Positions 57,509 through 64,000 of a stretch of DNA of 64,000 nt are shown in pieces (the stretch's first letter is position 1; each line of letters begins with the position of its first letter). The stretch covers positions 73,178 to 137,177 of the forward strand of contig JAZDNO010000004.1 of the NCBI GenBank assembly GCA_043799545.1, read 5' to 3'. This stretch comes from Methanobacteriota archaeon (GTDB taxonomy: Archaea; Thermoplasmatota; Thermoplasmata; SG8-5; DAIRED01). A program made the position numbers and the translations under genes. The notes below the pieces were generated by a model, which worked only from the letters and a program-made list of their open reading frames with translations, was not told the origin of the DNA and ran no database searches.

Positions 57509-58269
57509 TGGGCGCGGTATTTGCCCTTTCCAATGAATTCCAGAACGCCGTTATCACGCAAAATCTGTAGCTGCTGCCTTATCTTCGGGCGCACATGCTT
57601 GTTGTCGGGGTGGAGCTTCGCCAGCTTCTCTTCGGAGGCGTATGCGTCGGCGAGGGCGAAGTCGCGCGGGAGGGAGCGCACGACCGCGAGAACGTCGTTG
57701 AGCCAGCCCTTGGATTCGAGCGATTGGGACTTCAGGAAGGCGAAGCGCTTCCATTCCTCCCTCACGCGGGCGCGGGGCACCTCCTCAGAGTCGCGGACGA
57801 CGTAGATTCTCGCGTCAAGCGGGAGCTTCCCGATGAGAACGTTCGAGCCCACCCACCCCGCCCTTCGAGCGGTCGGCCTCAGGGGGTTGCGTTTCTGGAC
57901 GATTTCGGGGGTGACGAAATGCGCCGGAACGAGCATCACGCTCTCGACTGTCCAGTCATTTCTATCGTACTCCATGAAGAACCAATTTGGAGCGGTTCCC
58001 TTGCGAATCATCTCGATTTTCGGTTGGTATGCGCCGTTGGCGACGGATTTCCCGATGTGGCTGCTCTTCGCCTTGAGCTGGTATTTGGATGCGCATGAGG
58101 GGCAGACGAAATCGACGACTTTTTCGTTGTTCGGGGTCTGCGCCAGCGCCTCGGAAGGGCAGGCGGGGCAGTACCCGTTGTCGAGGAACCACTTTTCGGT
58201 GAGGACGCGGGCGAGCTGGGATTGCGATTTATAGGTTGACGTCAACGTGTTGGGGTGGGAGAGACGCAT
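57505..58269 (-). CDS. DpnI-like / Dam-replacing restriction endonuclease
   Basis: YKSQSQ.ARVLTE.W, CPAC..CPSC Zn site, VVDF..QLK, GAY, PNWFF.EY, R.PL.PTARRAGWVG.N, GW, KIRQQLQILRD..LEF.G.GKYR; colinear with pneumococcal DpnI as recalled. Confidence 0.93.
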   Translation of the reverse strand: MRLSHPNTLTSTYKSQSQLARVLTEKWFLDNGYCPACPSEALAQTPNNEKVVDFVCPSCASKYQLKAKSSHIGKSVANGAYQPKIEMIRKGTAPNWFFMEYDRNDWTVESVMLVPAHFVTPEIVQKRNPLRPTARRAGWVGSNVLIGKLPLDARIYVVRDSEEVPRARVREEWKRFAFLKSQSLESKGWLNDVLAVVRSLPRDFALADAYASEEKLAKLHPDNKHVRPKIRQQLQILRDNGVLEFIGKGKYRAH

Positions 58270-58275
58270 AAAATA

Positions 58276-60039
58276 TTATATCTCCTTGAAACAGGTATTA
58301 TATATCGTTTCGCCAAGTGGTTTCCATTGATTGGACCTAAAAGGTAATTTTTCGTTAAAATTCAAACTGGGATTGTTTTTCAATTTAGCAAAACCCTGTT
58401 TGTAATTTTCGAAACCACCTAATTGATTATTTTGAAGTAACATTCGCATACAATATATTAAGCTGTTAATGGTCCCGGTCGTAAGAACGTGGCTTGTCTT
58501 TTTGTCTAATGTCCACAACTCCGGAGGTATAGAATCTTTAAATGCTTTTAAAAATGTATTGATGTGGTTTGCACAAAATACTATATAGCTAGCCAACAGC
58601 TCTTTTTCTTGAGCAGTAAGCGGTGTGGGGGTTTCTTCTAGCATTTTTAATTTTTCTTTTTCTTTAGAACCCCAATATTTATAAAATGTGTCCTCATCCG
58701 TAAATTTTACAATGTATTGTAGTCCATAGCTAACGATGGACGATGTTTTAATTTTTCCAGCATCGTAAAAATATTCCTCAAGAAAATTGGTTAATGGTCC
58801 TGAGCGTGAGAGATGGTTAATTATCTCTTTCGAAATCGCAATCGCAGAAACTGGGTTGACGATTGTAGCAATCGCTTGTTTTAAATGACCTTTTGCTCTA
58901 GATTGCTTATCATTTATTTCAAGAAAAAGGCGGGCTTCGAAAATTGTTTTTTCATGGTCAGTGCATTCATTTTGATAAATTAATCCAGTAACAAGTAAAT
59001 GTTGTTTATCTCGTAATACTTTAATCTTTTTCTCTCTTGTGTCCTTTTCATGCCCCTCATAATACGCGAATATTCGGTGTTGGCCGTCAATAATGCCGAT
59101 GGTGTTAAATTCATATGGGATTTGTATTTTCAGTGTTTTTCTCGTCATCAACTCACTACTGGTAAGTTGGTTTCCTTTTTCATCATAGAATGATGAATTT
59201 TTTGGAAGCGTGACAATTATATTATTTACAAACACCCGGCCTTTACTAGCTAAATGGTCTCTCATTTCATTTATTTTATAATCAATTAACATTCTTTGAT
59301 AAACACAATCACGATCTCTCCAACCATCTTTTCTAAGTACATATGATTGAGTTAGTAATCGTTCTGGCTCAACAAGGAATGTGACAATTTTATTTCCTTT
59401 AGGAAAGTTACTTTGTTTTTCTGGTAATAATATTGCGTCATATTTTCGATTATCCTCACCACTTGGTGCATGACCAATATCACATAATTCAATATTTAAG
59501 AATTTTAACAATTCATATTTTGTTGATTTTTGTATTATCTTGGCTAAACTAACAAAATATTGAATGCGAGGTCTTTCCATAAATATGATATTTTCATTTC
59601 TCTCTTTATATTTCTCATCAATATTGTAAAATGAACAATATAAGAAGATTAATTTCATATCATCATAAGAATATTTATCATTATTTATCTCTTTGAATCT
59701 AGGAAATTTATCTACAATAGCATTGATAAAATCTTGTTGATGGCCTATAATAAATGCGAATAAGTTTGCTTTATTCAACAGATGCTCTTTAATGTCTCTC
59801 TGATCCGGTCTAGCGACGTCTTCAGCTATTACAAGAATGTTTTCATAGAGAAAAATATTATCGATTTCACAATCTCTCCCTAAAACCTTAAATTGCACAT
59901 TACGAGTTGGAATTTGATTAAACGATGAATTTGTAAAAATAGTATTTATGTCGACCTTAAATTGTCTCTCTTCTTTTATACGTTTTTTATCTTCCCTTTT
60001 TTTTCTTTTTTCTTCTGGAGTTAATTTTATCTTAATCAA
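58276..60039 (-). CDS. DGQHR-domain (DndB/DpdB-like) protein with N-terminal nuclease-like domain
   Basis: YQRML, FVNNIIV, IIDGQHRIFAY, LFLEINDKQ; N-terminal EIDNIFLY..ILVIAE resembles PD-(D/E)xK/NERD; AT-rich; TTG start overlaps upstream stop. Confidence 0.88.
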   Translation of the reverse strand: MIKIKLTPEEKRKKREDKKRIKEERQFKVDINTIFTNSSFNQIPTRNVQFKVLGRDCEIDNIFLYENILVIAEDVARPDQRDIKEHLLNKANLFAFIIGHQQDFINAIVDKFPRFKEINNDKYSYDDMKLIFLYCSFYNIDEKYKERNENIIFMERPRIQYFVSLAKIIQKSTKYELLKFLNIELCDIGHAPSGEDNRKYDAILLPEKQSNFPKGNKIVTFLVEPERLLTQSYVLRKDGWRDRDCVYQRMLIDYKINEMRDHLASKGRVFVNNIIVTLPKNSSFYDEKGNQLTSSELMTRKTLKIQIPYEFNTIGIIDGQHRIFAYYEGHEKDTREKKIKVLRDKQHLLVTGLIYQNECTDHEKTIFEARLFLEINDKQSRAKGHLKQAIATIVNPVSAIAISKEIINHLSRSGPLTNFLEEYFYDAGKIKTSSIVSYGLQYIVKFTDEDTFYKYWGSKEKEKLKMLEETPTPLTAQEKELLASYIVFCANHINTFLKAFKDSIPPELWTLDKKTSHVLTTGTINSLIYCMRMLLQNNQLGGFENYKQGFAKLKNNPSLNFNEKLPFRSNQWKPLGETIYNTCFKEI

Positions 60040-60833
60040 ATTAATCGTCCCCTACCAATTTTTACATATTTTGAGTTAATCTCAATACCAATGGATTTTC
60101 GTTGTAATTCTTTTGCAACTAATGAAACCATAAACGTGCCTGCAAATGGATCCAAAATTATATCTCCAGTATTGCTGCTCGCTTTCATTAGTACTTTTAT
60201 CAAATCTCCAGGCAACTGACAAGGATGTTCTAATCTTCTATCTTTACACACATTTTTTAAAAGGTTAACCTGTAGGAGGTCTAGGGGTTCCTTCAATATC
60301 TCAGCGATATCCTCTAACTTAAACGTATCATATGGACCTCTACCGGAATATCCTGCTGCAATTCTTTTTTTAATTTTACCGACATCCAAATTTTTATATG
60401 GCTGTAGAATTTCATTTCGGTTAAATGTATAATTGTTCGATTTTGTATAAAATAATATTGAACGCTGGCTACGAGTCCAGTTCTTTTTTGAATGCCCAAT
60501 ATTTGTGGGATAATGCCAAGTTAACCATCTCCTAAATATCAACTTTTTATCTAGGGTAGGCATTGTATATGCATTTAGCTCGGGATAATTAATTAAATAT
60601 AAGCTCCCATCTTTTGTTAATATTCTAGCCATTTGATTTATTCGAATTTTAAGCCATTGGAAATATTTTTCTTTGGTTTGACGATCTTTGAATTTTCCAT
60701 AATTTAAACCGATATTATACGGGGGGTCTGTGATTATTAATTTTACTGATTCCTTCGGTAACTGCTTCATTACCTCGAGACAATCACCAGTGTATAGAAT
60801 GTGCTGCCCCACAACAACTTTTTCTATCGTCAT
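60036..60833 (-). CDS. Beta-class amino (N6A/N4C) DNA methyltransferase
   Basis: GDCLEVM, IITDPPYN, HPCQLP, ILDPFAGT, IGIEIN; AT-rich. Confidence 0.93.
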   Translation of the reverse strand: MTIEKVVVGQHILYTGDCLEVMKQLPKESVKLIITDPPYNIGLNYGKFKDRQTKEKYFQWLKIRINQMARILTKDGSLYLINYPELNAYTMPTLDKKLIFRRWLTWHYPTNIGHSKKNWTRSQRSILFYTKSNNYTFNRNEILQPYKNLDVGKIKKRIAAGYSGRGPYDTFKLEDIAEILKEPLDLLQVNLLKNVCKDRRLEHPCQLPGDLIKVLMKASSNTGDIILDPFAGTFMVSLVAKELQRKSIGIEINSKYVKIGRGRLI

Positions 60834-60872
60834 GCCAAACCCGATAATACACAACTTCGATCTAAATCTTTC

Positions 60873-60902
60873 TATAACTATCTTATAACTAACCTATAAC
60901 TA
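60873..60902. repeat. Three TATAACTA direct repeats at 11-bp period in the divergent MTase promoter region
   Basis: TATAACTA at 60873, 60884 and 60895. Confidence 0.8.
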
Positions 60903-60935
60903 TCCTTATACCCCGAATCCCATGATCCACCGCGA

Positions 60936-61784
60936 GTGCCCTCCCCCCTCGGCAGCCTCGCTCCGTACTTCTCCGCGCCACGTTTCAGCCTATTCCTCGG
61001 CGACAATCTGGCGATGCTCCCGCGCTTCGAGGAATCGTCCGTCGACATGATTTTCGCCGACCCCCCCTACAACCTCTCCAACGGCGGATTCACCTGCCAC
61101 GCGGGGCGCCGCGTTCCCGTCAAGAAGGGCGACTGGGACAAGAGCAAGGGCGCCGAGGCCGACTTCGCCTTCCACCGCGAGTGGATTCGCGCGGCCAGGC
61201 GCGTCCTGAAACCGGGAGGCTCGATTTGGATTTCCGGCACATACCACTCCATCTACGCGTGCGGGCTCGCCCTGCAGCTCGAAGGCTACCACGTTCTAAA
61301 TGAAATCAGCTGGTTCAAGCCCAACGCCGCCCCGAACCTCAGCACCAGGTTCTTCACCGCCAGCCACGAGTCCTTGATATGGGCGAGGAAGGACAAGGGC
61401 GCCAGGCACACCTTCAACTACGGGGCGATGCGGAACGGGCGCTGGGACGACGACTTCGTCAAGCGCTCCGGAAAGCAGATGCGCTCCGTCTGGTCCATCC
61501 CCACGCCGAAGCCGGTAGAAAAGAAGTTCGGCAAGCACCCGACGCAGAAGCCTTTCGACCTGTTGCGCCGAATCGTCCTCGCCAGCACGAAGGAGAACGA
61601 CCTCGTCCTCGACCCGTTCGCGGGAAGTTCAACAACGGGATTGGCAGCTTATCTGTACGGAAGAAAGTTCATAGGAATCGACACGGAGCGCGCATACCTG
61701 GATTTATCAATCAAGCGCTTCGAGGAACTGAAATCCAACATGGAGAAAAAGCGGAAGCAGAAGAGGATACCGGGCTGGGCTTAG
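60936..61784 (+). CDS. DpnA/M.MboIB-like beta-class adenine methyltransferase (probable GATC)
   Basis: DMIFADPPY.LSNGG...G..V.V.KGDWDK, PNLS.RFFT.S.E.LIWARK, GKQM..VW, GKHPTQKP; GTG start 30 nt after TTATACC box. Confidence 0.88.
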   Translation: MPSPLGSLAPYFSAPRFSLFLGDNLAMLPRFEESSVDMIFADPPYNLSNGGFTCHAGRRVPVKKGDWDKSKGAEADFAFHREWIRAARRVLKPGGSIWISGTYHSIYACGLALQLEGYHVLNEISWFKPNAAPNLSTRFFTASHESLIWARKDKGARHTFNYGAMRNGRWDDDFVKRSGKQMRSVWSIPTPKPVEKKFGKHPTQKPFDLLRRIVLASTKENDLVLDPFAGSSTTGLAAYLYGRKFIGIDTERAYLDLSIKRFEELKSNMEKKRKQKRIPGWA

Positions 61785-61819
61785 TTCCAGAGGAATAATT
61801 AACACGGGGTCAGCGGGTC

Positions 61820-61859
61820 ATTTGAACCGGAGTTCCGGAGCGGAACTCCAAGTTCAAAT
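61820..61859. terminator. Long imperfect hairpin downstream of MTase
   Basis: ATTTGAAC-CGGAGTTCCG-GAG-CGGAACTCC-AA-GTTCAAAT. Confidence 0.35.
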
Positions 61860-62198
61860 CCCAGAGTAAAAAAATTGTATGGACTCTGCGGACTGTGAAT
61901 TTCGGACGACTGGCTAAAATCTAAATCAATATATAATAAGACCTCTGGCTATTCGGGAGAGTCCCCGCCTTTCCCTTTTTTTCTTTTTTGGATTAGTGTG
62001 GTATATATTTGAATGATAAGTATAAAAAAGCGGACCTGTCGAGAATCACACTATCACATGATGACCCTTATTGTACCACAAGTGGTCACCAAGAAGCGGA
62101 ATGTAATTTTATTGACGATAAGCGCGTGCAAAGTGATAACATCCATTAAGCTCAATTTTTACTACGGTAATGGCCTTGCTTTAATCTAGGATGAACAA

Positions 62199-63032
62199 TT
62201 ATGCGAACAGCCAAGTTATTGATGACGCTACAATGTGAATTGTAAAATTATCTATACCATGTGGGGAGATTGCCTCGACTAGGGTTGCACTAGCACCTAT
62301 GCAGATAGCACCTAAAATACATAATGAAATTGGCAGTTGGATGAGAAATATTAGTGAAAATAATCCGGCTACTGTCGAACCTACAAACACCGCACAACTC
62401 CCTTCGATTGATCGACTACATCGGATTCCAGTAATTGTTCTTACTTTATATCTATGGCTACCAAATCGAACTCCGACGGGCTCACCCACTGCATCCCCCC
62501 ACCCAACAACGAGATACCCCACAGTTGAAATCAACCCAAAGAAACTCCGTGTCACCAAAGTAGCCAGCAATGTCGCCATTGCGGGCACAATAATGTAAAA
62601 TGCTCGATATGGTTCGTCTTGTTCACGAGCCACAGCCTCATAAAAAATGTTGCCATCACCAAGTAAAACGATGATAATTCCATATACGATGATAGCTAAC
62701 CCAAAGATAAATGATGCCGTATATCCACCCAAGTAAATTAGCAAAGTAATAAAAGTAAAATTTGCAAAATGCGTAATTTTTCGAGTGTAGTTAGTTCTCC
62801 ATCCCTTATATCTCTTTAACCATCCAGCGAAATAGTTTACACCGACAATAAATATCAATATGACAACAGTAATTGACAATAACGAGATAATATCAATTTC
62901 ATTCGATGTAAATAAAATATCTGTACCAAATACAATTATAAACATAATAAGTATAATTAATGAGATAAAAAAACATATCACAAGTGAATATAGACGGTTC
63001 TGAAATAATCTCAAGATTTTCTCATTTTTCAA
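62199..63032 (-). CDS. Polyprenol/dolichol/phytol kinase-like membrane protein
   Basis: RKITH, GWGDAVGEPVG..FG, RSIEGS.A.F, ATLVEA, DNFTI. Confidence 0.8.
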   Translation of the reverse strand: MKNEKILRLFQNRLYSLVICFFISLIILIMFIIVFGTDILFTSNEIDIISLLSITVVILIFIVGVNYFAGWLKRYKGWRTNYTRKITHFANFTFITLLIYLGGYTASFIFGLAIIVYGIIIVLLGDGNIFYEAVAREQDEPYRAFYIIVPAMATLLATLVTRSFFGLISTVGYLVVGWGDAVGEPVGVRFGSHRYKVRTITGIRCSRSIEGSCAVFVGSTVAGLFSLIFLIQLPISLCILGAICIGASATLVEAISPHGIDNFTIHIVASSITWLFA

Positions 63033-63190
63033 TTTATCAATCCCCCATTACAAGTCCACCTATCCTCTATGTCCCACCCAAGGATTATAGTGGAGTGGTT
63101 TAGCGTGGCTTGCATTTGCATAACTCCCTTGTTTTTCAGCCTGTCTACATCATGGGTGCAATATATAAAAGCATTTCTCCTTGTTAATAT

Positions 63191-64000
63191 TCAGAGATGT
63201 AGATATCTGGGAATATACTCGACAATAATAAGCGTAATCAATGGCAGCATGAAAGTGAAAATGAATTGTGCCATCACCTGGATGTCAAATGGCCAAACCG
63301 CCATTTTTTCGACATGGTCATATAAAGAACCTATACGGTTCATATACTCGACTGATTTCTGCAACTCGTCAGTAATTCCTTTCTTCTTGATTTCCCTGCT
63401 GAATATCTCATAGGCCTTGTTGAACTCTTCGCCTAGTATCTTAAGCTCTTTCTCTTTGGCGGTCGACATTGCGTTATGCGCCGAGCTCAATGGCAAAAAG
63501 AAAATCAAGATTATTAGTAGCATATAAAAAATCATTGGCAATGCCCCGATATAATCGGATGCGTGCCTTAGTTCGATACCCTTCGCGAAAATAACTACGA
63601 GGGCAATCATGGGAACGATTGTAATCGAAATCATAGATAGGGACAGCCTACCGAACGCCGCAAGACCTGCTGCTCCATCCGGGCATAAAGGTCGCAACTT
63701 TAGGGCTTTTTTTGCCTCTAGAATGGTGATTATTTTCCTGGTACAAATCATGGTACTAAATAGATGCCAAATAGCTTTTGGGATGAGGTATCCCCAAAGG
63801 AATAAGTTTATCCCAACCCCAAAAACGAATGCTATGGGATGATCCCTTGACCCCCATGAATCGGATGGGTTTATTAAAATCGAGAGTCCGAATAATACGC
63901 ACCACATGAGGCCAATGGAATACCCAAGATACTGGAGAATAGAACCATATGGCCTATTCTTTTCAAAGAAGAATGAATATTGATAATTATAATCCGTACC
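63191..64000 (-). CDS. Hypothetical polytopic membrane protein, 5' end beyond window
   Basis: Frame is open from the window edge (31 further codons upstream of ATG 63907); hydrophobic segments, PLCPDGAAGL..FG and VWPFD motifs. Confidence 0.7.
   Translation of the reverse strand, partial: GTDYNYQYSFFFEKNRPYGSILQYLGYSIGLMWCVLFGLSILINPSDSWGSRDHPIAFVFGVGINLFLWGYLIPKAIWHLFSTMICTRKIITILEAKKALKLRPLCPDGAAGLAAFGRLSLSMISITIVPMIALVVIFAKGIELRHASDYIGALPMIFYMLLIILIFFLPLSSAHNAMSTAKEKELKILGEEFNKAYEIFSREIKKKGITDELQKSVEYMNRIGSLYDHVEKMAVWPFDIQVMAQFIFTFMLPLITLIIVEYIPRYLHL

Noticed and set aside
261-60902. TAACTA/TAGTTA hexamer recurring near accessory genes (261, 450, 2663, 2687, 28209, 54951, 60875)
   Set aside because: Too short and AT-rich to separate from chance without an enrichment test.
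61801-61870. tRNA gene or remnant suggested by GTTCAAATCCC
   Set aside because: T-stem does not pair and no cloverleaf can be built; it is one arm of a hairpin.

Overview
Archaeal DNA, most consistent with an uncultured Thermoplasmatota lineage (inferred from srp54, cdc6, trmY, apgM, purM, ppdK, DUF835/KaiC-type genes and leaderless TTATA-type promoters). A GC-rich core of housekeeping genes and four large mosaic surface-protein genes is bracketed by AT-rich accessory DNA. The left accessory region (1-5560) holds a ParB-domain gene, a wHTH gene, a TGT-like gene, an AbrB + SWIM/IS6-type transposase unit, a dif-like site and a kinase. The right region (52.8-62 kb) is a defence island and the most striking part of the window. 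An intact DpnI-like (Dam-replacing) nuclease gene (57505-58269) is trailed by four 5'-truncated, sequence-diverged copies of its own 3' end. These copies alternate with toxin-antitoxin/DUF3800 cargo modules and an 87-bp palindromic repeat, a pattern resembling an orphan C-terminal cassette array or serial-integration array. A DpnA-like GATC methyltransferase lies 2.7 kb away, an apparently self-conflicting pairing. All family assignments come from motif recognition by eye; no database searches were run.
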